Assembly: GCF_016432865.1 (NCBI RefSeq)
Contig: NC_067402.1
Span: forward strand, 20,832,001-20,896,000
DNA length: 64,000 bases
Direction: 5' to 3'
Source: Antechinus flavipes
Lineage: Eukaryota
A program made the position numbers and the translations under genes. Below the pieces are notes generated by a model. That model searched no databases and was not told where the DNA came from. It saw nothing but the letters and a program-made list of their open reading frames with translations. Below, one piece after another: positions 1 through 11,649 of this stretch (position 1 is its first letter; each line of letters opens with the position of its first letter).

Positions 1-245
1 ACACAGTATTTTCACCTTTTGTCTTGTTTGCTTGTTCTTTTCTTTGTGCAGCATCATAAATGTGAAAATATGTTTAGAAGAATTACATACATTTGACCTC
101 TATTGGATTACTTGCAATCCAGAGGAGGAAGGAGGTAGGGAAAGAGGAAGAAAATTTTAGAACATATGGTTTTGCGAGGTGAATGTTGAAAACTATCTTT
201 GCATGTATTTTGAAAAATAAAAAGCCATTGTTGTTTTTTAAAAAG
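1..245 (+). mobile_element. L1 3' UTR/end fragment (marsupial L1)
   Basis: Typical marsupial L1 3' terminus (gtgaatgttgaaaactatctttgcatgtattttgaaaaataaaaag). The same motif recurs at 3170-3500, 28110-28415 and 58400-58690. Confidence 0.7.
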
Positions 246-1270
246 AATAAGGATTAACAACTATCAATAAAAATGGCACACACACACATATATGTATTTC
301 TATTCCCAGCTTAGCACAATGCTACTTACAGAGTAAGTACTTGATAAATATTCTCTCTCTGTCCTCCAGTAGAGAGGTGAGAGACACTATAGTAGAATGG
401 TATATACAGGGGGTCAGATGAAGGTTATATCTCATTTTTAAAAATTAAATAAACTTTGTTCTTTGTCATAAAATAGAGGTCCAACTGAGGAGTAGAAGTG
501 AGAATACGATGTACAAAAATGACTGTGAGGCAAGAATAAAAGGCATCAAAAAAGCTTTATTTAAAAATTAATAAATAAGTGATTCAAGAAAAAGCAACCA
601 AATGAAAAAGGAAATGAGATAAATTTGACTTTTGATCTTAGTCAAACAGCACTGGTTTTTATCGGCTAACGTTTCCTTCGATATAACAGTTTCTACCCAC
701 TACATTCCTGTTTAGGGAGGGATGTTCAAGGAGCTCTTGATACAGCTGAAGCTCCCGTTTCACTATCAGCAGTAGCTTGAGGTTTTGGCCACACTTCTAG
801 AAAAGCAGGTTTTGGGTGAGCCATGAGCACCAGACTGAAGAGAGGGTCAGGAAGCAAAGGTTCACCAAGCAGCAAGAGAAAACACCTGACAAATTGGAGA
901 ACCTGAGGGTGGGAAAGAATGTAAAACCAGGCCAGAACAAAGTCTGTGCCACTCATTAAAACCATGTTGATGCTTTTGTGGGAGAGACTCATACATCCAA
1001 CCCCTGGGACAGGAACAGAAATATCCTGAAGTGATTGTTACCGGGATGGAATGGTCTTTCATCAGAATCCACTTGGGGGTAGTGGAGAGAACATGTATTG
1101 GAGTCACCCTGAACTTACTGCAAGTGTGACTTTGGATAAGCCATTTATCATTGCTAAGTCTCAATTTCCTTATTTATAAAACAAAAGGTTTGAATGAGAT
1201 GAACTTTAAGGCTCCAGAGCTCAAATCTCTTTTCTTGATTATAGATTTCTATGTGTCTTATACATACTTT

Positions 1271-1273
<3 letters not shown>

Positions 1274-1306
<33 letters not shown>
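1274..1306. repeat. (AC)n microsatellite
   Basis: Perfect AC run seen directly. Confidence 0.98.
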
Positions 1307-1307
<1 letters not shown>

Positions 1308-1469
1308 TCATTGTGTCTCCTGTTGTGCAAATATTTACATATTTATACTCTGTATCTCAACAGAACATTAACTCTTTGAGAACAAAGACTGTTTCACTTT
1401 TATTTTGTTTCGCCAGTACCTGGCACTTAATAGATGCTTAGGTTTGGAAAGGGCTTCATAAATATTTAT

Positions 1470-1665
1470 CTCATATGATCCTCACAACAATCCTGAGAGG
1501 TGCTATTATTATCCCCATTTTACAGTTGAAGAAACCGAGGCAGACAGAAGTTAAATAAATGGCTAACCCAAGATCACATAGCTAGTAAGTGTCTGAGATT
1601 GGATTTAAACTCAGGTGTTTCTGACTTAGAGCCCAGTATTCCATTTGCTGCACAGACCAGCTGCC
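1470..1665 (-). mobile_element. Core-SINE (MIR/MAR1-like)
   Basis: Core motif cccattttacagttgaagaaaccgaggcagacagaagttaa...cacatagctagtaagtgtctgag, ending cagctgcc. Confidence 0.7.
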
Positions 1666-3169
1666 TGTTCTAGCTACTGGGGAATACAGATTTTAAAATG
1701 ACAGTCCCTGCCCTCAAGGAGTTTATATTCTACTTAAGTAATTCTACCCTGGATTTTTCTTGGGTTGTTTGTGGTTTGTTGGGGGAGGGGGGGTTGGGTT
1801 TTTTTTTTTTTTTTTTTTTGATGGGGTAGAGGGCATGTGGGTGTAAAAAGTTTCCAGGTCTTACCACCTCCTCTCTACCTGCGGATTATTTGCTAGTTCT
1901 CTATTTAGAATTCTGATTTAATTTTGGGGAAAACAAAGTCTCACCATCTTCTTTTCTCTTAAGTGCCGCTTTCCAGGGATAAAGCCCCAAAGATCATGGA
2001 TAAAGAGTTGGGAAAGACTCAGAGACAATCCAGTTAATGCCCTCTTTTTAGAGGGGAGGGAGGGAAGGAAGATACACAAAAAAGCTTCTCCTCTTCCCTG
2101 GTTCTGATTGGTGAGATCTGAACCAAGGCCACGGGCCATCTGCTGCCAAGACAGCACTTTAATATGTTTGCTGCTTCTCTGCTAATGAGACCATTTGTTT
2201 GGCTCCCTAAGGGGGCCTTGTTGGAGCAGAAAGCCCTTCTTGCTCTCCCCACTGTCTTCCACCCCATTATCCCCGGGGAGGAAGTCAATTAAATTTTCAG
2301 CAGCAGGTTTTCTGGAGATAGTGTATGGAACACACAAAAAGCCCTCTTCTTTTGCCTACTTTTCTCCTCATGTCAAAAGTCACTACCATGGAGGTTTGCA
2401 CTAGGGATGGGGCAGTGGGGTTTAGGGCCGGGGGGACTAGTGGTTCCCAGTCCAAGCATTTAACAAAAGCCATTGCTGACCAGAGGAGATCTGGGCTTAG
2501 TGGGAAGGCCCCCTGGGATAGGCAGTGCCCTGCTCTTCATTCTTCTCTGTCCCTTTCTACAACCCAGTCCCATATTCAAGGCTAAAGTTCTCTCTTTCTT
2601 CAGAGATTCCTCTACTCTCTCATTTTAGGCTTGTTCAAAATCACCTATTTTCTGGAGCCTCGGACTCACTGCTGCTCCTTCTGCCAAGTCACGTCCCTAC
2701 CTCTTGGCTACAGCCCAAACATGATACTCGACCCATAGACAAAGGAGCCTTTCAGCCACCTCTGAAGCAAAGGCTCCAACCCGTCATTGGAAAAGGAGAG
2801 GCTTTGAAAGGCCCATGAACAGTAAAGAGAGGTGATTAATAAAGTCAGCTCTCAGCAATGTGGGCTAACCCGGCCGGGGACAAGACCAAGAAAAGGAAAG
2901 TTGAACTTAACCGTCAATTGAGACTTGGGTTAGAATTTAACCTCTGACATTTCCTAGCTGTGTGACGATGGGCAAATTGTCTTAAACTCTCTGACCACCA
3001 TCTCGTAAGTGCAAACCTTAAAAAGGTTATAGAAATATCACTTGTCTATCAGAACATCGAATCCAATGTACTAGGTTTGACTTCTGTCTTAATTATTACT
3101 AAGGTATACATATTTAAAAGCACTTTAATAAATATCAGTTATTATTATTATAAATAAAAGACCAGTATG

Positions 3170-3500
3170 GAAAGTGCCATCCACATCCAGAGAGAGAAAT
3201 ATGGAGACTGAATGTGTATCAAAGAATAGTATTTTTATCTTTTTGTTGTCATTTGTTTGCTTGTTTTTTTTTCTTTGTTGTTTTTTTCCCTTTCAATGTG
3301 ATATTTTTGCTCAGCATGACAAATATGGAGATATCTTTAGAAGAATAGCACATGTTTAAGCTATATCGAATTTCTTGCTTTCTTGATACGAGGGATGGTG
3401 AAAGAGAAGGAGAAAACATTTGGAATGCATGATTTTGCAAGGGTGGATATTGAGAACTATCTGTACATGTATTTTGGGGAAAATACCATTAAAAAAAATC
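3170..3500 (+). mobile_element. L1 3' end fragment
   Basis: L1 3' UTR motifs and an A-rich end, homologous to 1-245. Confidence 0.65.
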
Positions 3501-4244
3501 TAAAAGATCAGTACAATTTGCCCCAAATTATGGTATTGGGCAAGACTCAAGCACCAGAAGGCTAGGATTCAGAGTTCAGGTCCACTTACAACTTACTTCC
3601 TGGGTGACCTTGGAATCTTTCTGGGACTCAGTTTCCCCCATCATCCAGAGGACATCAATGCCCTAGATGAAGTCTCAAGTCTCTTCCAAAACTAAATCCC
3701 TGGCCCTATTATCCTATGCCTGCAAGAAGCTTTGTAAACTTTTTAAAATGCCAAGTAAATGCTAACTCTCTGTAAGGGTTTGGAGTCAGAAGGTCTAGAT
3801 TTGATTCAGACTCTATAGTCTTGATATTCTTCTCTATGGGCTCAGTTTCCTTATATGAAGCTTCTTCCGGTCTGAGTTTCTTCATCTATGGTTTTTCTCC
3901 AGGCCTAAATCCCATAAATAAACTCAGGATAAGCTCAAGGTGCTTGGTTTCATCTTCCTTCCCAAAAAGCCCTCATAAGAATTGCTCATTTAATTTAATT
4001 TCACAAGAATTTATTAAGTGCTCCCGCTATGGAAATCACCATAGTAGGTGCCAAAAAAATGACTGGCCTACTAGCAATTTTGACCTGAGTTTCACACTCA
4101 ATCAAGTATTTATTAAGCACCGACCAAGTTCTGGGCACTGAGCTAGAAAGACATAGCAGATAGAAATACAGGGAAGGAGACAACCTTGACCCTTCAGGCA
4201 CTTACCTTCTATCAGGGGATAAGAAGCCTTATTATACCATAATA

Positions 4245-4485
4245 TTATTTTCTGTATAATATTATATATTATATTATATACAATAAGCATATATCATATT
4301 TGGCATAGTTTATATTGCATGCTATATTATACTATAATAATATTATCTAATTCTATAATACGCTCTCATGTTAAACTATATTCAAAATAAGAAACTAACT
4401 TGGACTTATGAGTATATTAATTATCTTATACTACAATGTCACATACTGTAATACATAATTATATATAATATTTATAGCATATATC
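4245..4485. repeat. AT-rich low-complexity tract
   Basis: Degenerate TA/TAA repeats, seen directly. Confidence 0.8.
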
Positions 4486-4487
4486 AT

Positions 4488-4700
4488 GGAGCAGCTAGAT
4501 GGCGCGACAGTGGATAGCACATTGGGTTTGGAATCAGGAAGATTCATCTCCTAAAGTTCAGAAAATCCAGACTCAGATGGATGACCCTGTTTGCCTCAGT
4601 TTCCTTATCTGTATAATGAGCTGAAGAAGGAAATGACAAACCACTCCAGTGTCTTTGCCAAAAATAATAACAGCAACAACACCTCAAGTAAGATCCCAAA
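4488..4700 (+). mobile_element. MAR1-like tRNA-derived core-SINE
   Basis: Head gcagctagatggcgc...gtggatag, core gcctcagtttccttatctgta, tail aaatgacaaaccactccagtgtctttgcca. Confidence 0.75.
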
Positions 4701-5360
4701 GAATTAGAGATGTGAGGAACAGAGAAATTAGATTCCATTGTGGAGAAAGGGAGAGGAGGATGGGGATGCTGGAGGATTCTAGAGAGGAGTTTTCCCTCCC
4801 CTTGCCTAACTTTTTGTAGAAGTGATCACAAGGGAGATTGTGGGAAGAGTTGTCTGTCCAGAGACCATGAATTAGCCTTCTTTTCTCTTTTATCCAAAAG
4901 GGCACTAAGTTCTGAGGCCTGAATACCCAGGCTACTTTCCATTCCCTCATTTGTGATCAGCAAACTACCTCCAAGGGCTCAGATCCATCTCTTTCCCTCA
5001 CACTTCGATCTGAGCCATCGGTTTAAATCCCATAGACACCTGCCCCACTTTGGGCAAACTCAATATGTGAAACTCTGCATTAATGAAGCAAATTAATTTG
5101 GGAAGTAGGAAGGAGTGATTGTTTACAGAAGGTTTTATGAGAAGACCCTTGTTATTTGTAGGATTTAGAATTGGAAGGAGCATAATTTTTGTCCAGTCCA
5201 ACTCTCTCAATTTGCAAATAAGAAAACTTCATCTTCCATGGCTCCAATCAGTTGAAATGACCTCCTCAGGTCAGTAGACCCAGAGCTCATCTCCAAAGTC
5301 AGCCTTGAGCTCATTTCGAGGTGCTCAAGATGCCAAGTTCTTGAGCACATTTAAACCATC

Positions 5361-5655
5361 GCTGGGCATGGTGACACGAGCCTGTAATCCCTATTTTCCC
5401 GGGGGATGCCAAGTCCTTGCTTATGGGAACTCTAAGCCACAATGGGGCTGAACTGAAGCTGCCAGTCAGGTGTCTGAGCTGAGATCTTTGCCAGAGGAAT
5501 GAACCCTCAGTCATAGACAAACATGCCTAAAAGGGGCTGGAAAAAGAGGGCAGATTAGAACTTCGGTGCCGATTAGCACAGGCCTAGATCCTGAGTTTTC
5601 TCAGCCTGGGAAAAATAGGAAAACTCAATTTCAAAAAACAAAAGCAAAAAGACAA
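5361..5655 (+). pseudogene. 7SL RNA-derived retrocopy (P7SL-like) with A-rich tail
   Basis: The start gctgggcatggtgacacgagcctgtaatccc matches the 7SL 5' end. Internal gtcaggtgtctg, gcctaaaagggg and cggtgccgattag match the S domain. It ends cagcctgggaaaaatagg...tttc followed by an A-rich tail. Confidence 0.75.
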
Positions 5656-5711
5656 ACTTTTACTTACAGTAACTTTGTAAGGGACCCAGTGAACTTAAAA
5701 AGTGAATTGTA

Positions 5712-5857
5712 GAGGCAGTAGATGGTGTAGTGGATAGAGCATCAGCTCTGGAGTCAGCAAAACTGAATTCAACTCCAGCCTCAGATGCTTAACACTTTTT
5801 AGCTCCGTGACCCTGGGCAAGTCACTTAACCCTCATTAAAAAGAAAAAAAAGATTTT
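5712..5857 (+). mobile_element. WSINE1-like short SINE
   Basis: tRNA-derived head and poly-A tail. Imperfect TSD taaaaagtgaattgta (5696-5711) / taaaaagtgagttata (5858-5873). Confidence 0.75.
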
Positions 5858-5879
5858 TAAAAAGTGAGTTATAAACTGC

Positions 5880-7960
5880 TGCTAACTAAGCTCTCAGCCC
5901 ATTTGATGGTAAGGGGATTGAAAAACTGGGTAGAAGGAGATTAGAGTGGTCTCTTTGCTACCACTGAGGCAGGACTCTTTTGCTTTGCTCATACTTGAAT
6001 GTGGGTCACAGTCCTGGATGGCAGTCCCAGGATGAGTAGGAACACTAAAGTAGCAGAGCTTGCAGCCACAGTAGAATGAGAACCCAATTTCACAGGACAA
6101 TTCCAGGACAGAAAAGATTGCTTGTGGTTACTCACAAATTAGGGCACAGGCCAGGAAAATAGGAAACACATTCCTCCTTAGATTATACCATCTTGGAAGA
6201 ACTGAAAACTTACAGGTCCCTAGGTATATCTCTGAAAACAGCTGCACAAAACCTCTGAAGCTTGGGACAATGCACCTTCTATCCTAGAAGCAGATCCCTA
6301 CTTTAACAAAGAATTAAAAATCAAGAGAAAATAAACTAACAGAAAATTCTGATCCTAGAAAATTACTATGGTGACAAGAAATATCAAAACACACTTAGAA
6401 GAAGATAAAGTCAAAGCTCCTATGTCCAAAGGCTCCAAGAAAAATATGAATTCATCTCAGGCCATGGAAGGGCTCAAAAAGGATTTTGAAAATCAAGGAA
6501 GAGAGGTAGAAAGAAAATTGGGAAGAGAAATGAGAGTGATACAAGAAAAGAATGAAAAAAAGAGTCAACAGTTTGGCAAAGTACACACATACACTGTAGA
6601 AAATAACACCTTAAAAAACAGACTAAGCCAAATAGTAAAAGAGGTAGAAAAGGCATCAAAAAGCAGAAGTGGCCAAATGGAAAAAGGCACAGAAATTCAC
6701 TGAATTAAAAACAAACTTTAAAAGTAAATTTGCCAAATGGAAAAGGAAATACAAAAGTTCACTGAAGAGAATTATTCCTTAAAATTAGAATTGAGGCAAT
6801 GGAAGTTAATGATTATATGAGAAACCAAGAAACAATAAAACAAAACCAAAAGAATGACTAATAGAAAACAATGTGAAATATCTCATTGGAAAAATAAGTG
6901 ACCTGGAAACTAGGTCCAAGGAGAGATCATTTAAAAATTAATGGACTACCTGAAAGCTATGATTTTAAAAAGAGCCTAGACATTATCTTTCAAGAAATAA
7001 TCAAAAACTATCCTGATAATCTAGAACCAGAGGGTAAAAAAGAAATTGAAAGAATCCACCAATTACTTCCTGAAAAAGATCCCAAAATAAAAACTCTCAG
7101 GAATATTATAGCCAAATTCCAGAACTCTCAGGTCAAGGAGAAAATACTGGAAGCAGCCAGAAAAAAACAATTCGAGTATTGTGGAACCACAGTCAGGATT
7201 AACACATGATTTAACAGCTTCTACCTTAAAGGACTGAAGAGGATGGAATATGATATTCTGGAGGGTGAAGGGGCTAGGATTCACAAGAAAGAATCACCTA
7301 CCCAGAAAAACTGAGTATAATCCTTCAGGAGGGAAATGGACATTCAATGAAATAGAGGACTTTCAAGCACTCCTGATGAAAAGAAAATTTGACTTTCAAA
7401 TACAAAACTCAAGAGAAGCATAAAAAGGTAAACAGGAAGGAGTAATCATAAAGGACTTAAGTTTAAGTTGTAATCTTACAGTTTAACCTACATGGAAAAA
7501 TGAGACTTGGAGGGGCAGTTGGATGATGCAGTGGATAGAGCACCAACCCTGAATTCAAGAGGACCTAAGTTCAAATCTGGCCTCAGACACGTAATATTTC
7601 CTAGCTGTGTGACTTTGGGCAAGTCACTTAACCCTAATTGCCTCAGCCAAAAAAAAAAAAAAAAAAAAAGATGATACTTATAACACATAAGAACTTTCTC
7701 ATTATTAGAGTAGTATATACACAGAGGGCATGAGTATGAATAGAATATAAAGGGATATCTAAAAAAATAAAATTAAGGGTGAGAGGAATATACTGAGAGA
7801 AGGTAAAAAGAAGATTGAGATAAATTATCTCACATAAATGAGAAAAGTTTTATAGTGGAGGGGAAGATGAGGAAGGTACAGGGTAGTGAGTAGATCTTAC
7901 TCTGATTGGAAATGGCTCAAAGAGGGAATAATATATACAGTCAATTAGATATAAAAAGTA
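5880..7960 (+). mobile_element. L1 5' portion: 5'UTR + degraded ORF1 + inter-ORF spacer; ORF2 and 3' end absent
   Basis: ORF pieces 6368-6703 (coiled-coil, LKKDFENQGREVERKLGREM) and 6898-7209 (RRDHLKINGLPE...IERIH...RNIIAKFQNSQVKEKILEAARKK = ORF1p RRM/CTD), with stops and frameshifts. Confidence 0.9.
7510..7670 (+). mobile_element. WSINE1-like SINE inserted in L1
   Basis: ggggcagttggatgatgcagtggatagagc...cctaattgcctcagcc followed by an A21 tail; approximate TSD aaaatgagactt/aagatgatactt. Confidence 0.85.
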
Positions 7961-8497
7961 TCCCCCATTAGAATGTGAGCTCTCAGCAAACAAGGACTTC
8001 CTAATGTTCCTTTTAATATCCCTAGCATTTGGCATAGTGGTTTGCACCACATTAAGTTCCTAATAAATGCTCCATTCATCCATCTATTTATCCATCCACT
8101 CATCCATCCATTTGTGCTTAGGGCCAAAAGCTGAAACTTTAGGCGTCCCAGAAAAAGTTTCAGAAATGATGTTTTGTGTTAACTCCAATACTTAGCCATC
8201 CAGTGAAGGGAGTGTTCCCCATGATACTCAAGCATTATTTACATCTAGATCTGAGCCCCAAAGGAAATTGGATTTATCATTACCCAGAATGGACATCTGG
8301 GTTGGGGCAAATGGTGTGCATCTGTCTATTTATTATACTTTTAATCTGTCCTTTATCTCTTCCAAAGATAATGAGGTGGAAAATGAAGGAAAAGTTAAAT
8401 ATACTGAGTGCAGAATAAGGTCACCTGACCACTAAGGGTCAAGAAAGCCCTGAGAACAGAGAATGTCAGAGCTAAGCAGGTCTTAGAGCATCTATGG

Positions 8498-8500
<3 letters not shown>

Positions 8501-8549
<49 letters not shown>
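8501..8549. repeat. (CA)n microsatellite
   Basis: Perfect CA run. Confidence 0.98.
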
Positions 8550-8552
<3 letters not shown>

Positions 8553-9847
8553 CAATCCATGGAGCTCTACCAACTGAAACCTTAAGAGGAAACTTTGTGA
8601 AGACTAGTTTGTAACACATACAGCAATGAAAAGTATGCTGGCCCCAATCCAATTAGCAAATGGAACATACAGTTGCTTTTTGAAATCTGGCCACAGGCAA
8701 CATTTACAACAAAGTTATTATTCTCTTGGCTCCTGAAATTAAAATTTAAAACACTCTGAACATCAAGAGTCAATGGTGAGTTCTTATTTCATTTTGCAAA
8801 ATTGGAAAACGAGAGTTATTGGAGTCATCGGTTCTAATGACTATAATCCTATATTATAGTGATAAGAAAAACCAACTTGCTCAATGACACAGCTTTGTCT
8901 GACACATCTCTCATCAATTTCTTTGGAATTTATCTGATGCCTTCATCAGATACTCTGCAAAGAGCTATTAGGTGCCTCCCAGGCTCTGCCTCATTAATTC
9001 TCTCAAAAGATTCAGACAGTGAAAAGCCAAATGGTGGAAACCGACACCATGCATTCTGGGAGAATACTCCCTGAATGAATGTTTAATGAAGCCATCCTTC
9101 TCCTGTCCCCATGAACCACACACTGATGGAGTCAGTACGAAAAATCACCTTGCTTTCCCTTCCAAGTTAGGGCAGACCCCAGGAAGCTTGGGTGCCAGCC
9201 CTGGCTCTGCCAATAATTCTCTGTGATGTAAGAAAAGTCTCTTTCCATTCTGAGGCCTCAAGCTTGCCAAAGACCCTGAGATCCCTCCCAGCTCTGACAT
9301 TTTTTGGACTTCTATGATATCATAGATTTATAAGTCCCTCCGGACTCCAAATCTAGTGTTCTATCTAGTGCTCTATACTAAGCTGCCTCTCAGATCTAAA
9401 AAGAGGCACTATTGAGTATAACTAAGCACTCAAATGAAGATATTTGCTCAAGGGGTGTGGCCTCAGTTCCTCATTTCTAAAATGAGAAAGTTGGTTAAAT
9501 GACCTTTAAAGTCCCCCCCAACCCAGATTTATGATCTACTACCATGAATACTCTTCATTTTTCATCTGATATGCTCCTTGAACTTTCTCCATCATTCTAG
9601 TATCAAAGAGTATCATTATTATCAACACTATTACTATCTACACGGTAAAAACCAAATGATTGAAAAATGCCTATTATCCAGGCTATGTCAGAAAACTAAT
9701 AAATGACTCTTAGAAAGCTTGGCATTAAATGAAGAAAAAGCTAAAACAAGCCCATATATACTTCATTCAAGCAGACCCAGTTTTCTCTTTCTTCTTCACA
9801 TGATATCCATTGATGTGTTGAGTCATGTGATGCACACATAAATGGTG

Positions 9848-10508
9848 TGTTGGGCAGAAAGAAACTAAAGAATTGATCCCTGAGGCAAGCAGGGAGAAGG
9901 CACAGATTCAGATCAGTTTAACTCCATGGTCCCACCCCCTGGGGAGGTCATACAGTCAGAAACTCAAGTTATGTCAAATCTCCGAGACCCACCCTCTGTA
10001 GAGGTCTTGAGAAGTCTCACCTTGCCATGCCTTGTCTGAAATCATAGTCTTGTCCTTGAGGTTAAATCTGTCCCGTAAAATCTACTGATGGCCATCCCAT
10101 GGTTGCTGCCCTCCTTTGGGTCACCTCCACAGCATTCTGCCTCATGGTATCTTTCTCCTTATCACCTCCCTTGTCAAGTGATATCTCCCCTAACTCTACT
10201 ATGCTTCTCAACCCCACTTCTCCTGCTTTTTTAGGGTGCCAAGTCCCTTTCAGGATTTAGCCTGCCAGCTAAAGGCATGCCCCAATCTCATGGGGTGCTC
10301 CCCCACAGAGTAATTGTGAGTTCCACTGAGGAGCTTATCTTTTATATGCTCTCCCTCATCTATTTCATATTTATCAATTCTGTGTCTATGTATCCCTTCA
10401 CTTTGTCTATAATCTATTCCTCTAAATAAATCTATCTTTTGCCAAAGAGAAAGAGCATTGTGAATTCTCCACACAACTGAACCCTAACTGTCGATGCCTA
10501 TCATCATC
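9848..10508 (+). mobile_element. Solo LTR (ERV)
   Basis: Starts TGTTGGG. U5-like end aaataaatctatcttttgccaaagagaaagagcattgtgaattctcc. Possible TSD TGGTG at 9843-9847 and 10509-10513; the right boundary is approximate. Confidence 0.6.
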
Positions 10509-10574
10509 TGGTGTAATCATCCATCACTATAAAAAACTTTTAAGTACCACCAGTTTAAATGAAGAAACCTTTCC

Positions 10575-10760
10575 TCTTTAATTTCTTTCTTATTTGTTTT
10601 GTGGTTTGATTTATCTAATTCTGAGAGTGCAAGATTGAGATCTCCCACTATTACAGTTTTGCGGTCTATTTCTTCTTGCAACTCTCTTAACTTCTCCTTT
10701 AGGAAGTTAGATGCTACACCACTTGGTGCATATATGTTTAATATTGATGTTGCTTCATTG
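10575..10760 (-). mobile_element. Isolated L1 ORF2 endonuclease fragment with 15-bp TSD
   Basis: The minus strand translates without stops as NEATSILNIYAPSGVASNFLKEKLRELQEEIDRKTVIVGDLNLALSELDKSNHKTNKKEIK (L1 EN motifs NIYAP and GDLN). Flanks are TGAAGAAACCTTTCC (10560-10574) and TGAAAAAACCTTTCC (10761-10775). Confidence 0.9.
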
Positions 10761-11391
10761 TGAAAAAACCTTTCCAGCAGGTCTGGCCAATCCAGACTTT
10801 TCAGTTCTCTGCTGCTTCATTATTTCTAAGTGGCCATGCCCCCCAAATCCTATCTACCTATTGAGGCTTCTGCCCTGGTATAAAGGCAGCCCAGGAACAT
10901 GAAGACAGGAATTTAAAAAAGGAAGGTGTGATTTCCAAACAGATTTTCCAGCATGAGTAAATCTGAAAGTACTTACTATTACCAGCAAACACTTTTTTTT
11001 AAAATAAAAGGCACTTTATTAAAGTGGGCAGTCTCCAATCACTTCATCATTTCCAGCTGTCTGCTCGGGAAGAACATTCCTACTAGACCAAAAAAACCCC
11101 ACCAAACTCCAAAACATAGTCCCTGCTTTGAGTTGGAGTAGATTCCCCAGCGAGCGCCTCTAGCAAAATGAATCTCCTGACCCAGCTGGCAAGTTTGCCA
11201 CCTGGTCCTTGACTATGGGCTGCAGCAGGTTCAGCCAGGCTGGAATCTGATACTAAAGCTTCAGAGGTCAGGGGCTGTTTCCATTCAATCTGCACCAATC
11301 TGGAGGTAAGCTTAATTGGGAAGCCCTGCTCCATCTTTTGTCTTTGCTTTGAAGAGTTTCTCTCCAAAGGCTTTTTTCTTTCTCAAGTTAT

Positions 11392-11527
11392 ACTAGCCTC
11401 CAGATCTCCATTTTCTTTCAGCAGCCTAAGCCAAAAAAGTTCAGAAAAGTAAGAAATAGACTAGTCTCCAGATCTCCATTTTCTCTCAGCAAGCCTAAGC
11501 CAGAAAAGTTCAGAAAAGTAAAAAATG
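11392..11527. repeat. ~68-bp tandem duplication (2 copies)
   Basis: actagcctccagatctccattttctttcagcagcctaagcc...agttcagaaaagta is repeated at 11460 with few differences. Confidence 0.9.
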
Positions 11528-11649
11528 TCTCGTTTTAAATAAACCTTTAAAAAGGGGAGACTTTAAAGCAAAAATCAAAGATTGAATTTTCCAAAGCCAC
11601 CAAAGGAGAGAGTAGCCACAATTTACCAGAAAAATCATTCCCACATCAA

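Noticed and set aside
720-1130. Coding-looking purine-rich segment
   Set aside because: All plus-strand frames contain stops and no protein similarity was recognised, so no call can be supported.
11135-11163. tRNA-Thr PBS-like sequence
   Set aside because: It partially matches in either orientation, and no adjacent LTR end with AATAAA/CA could be placed.
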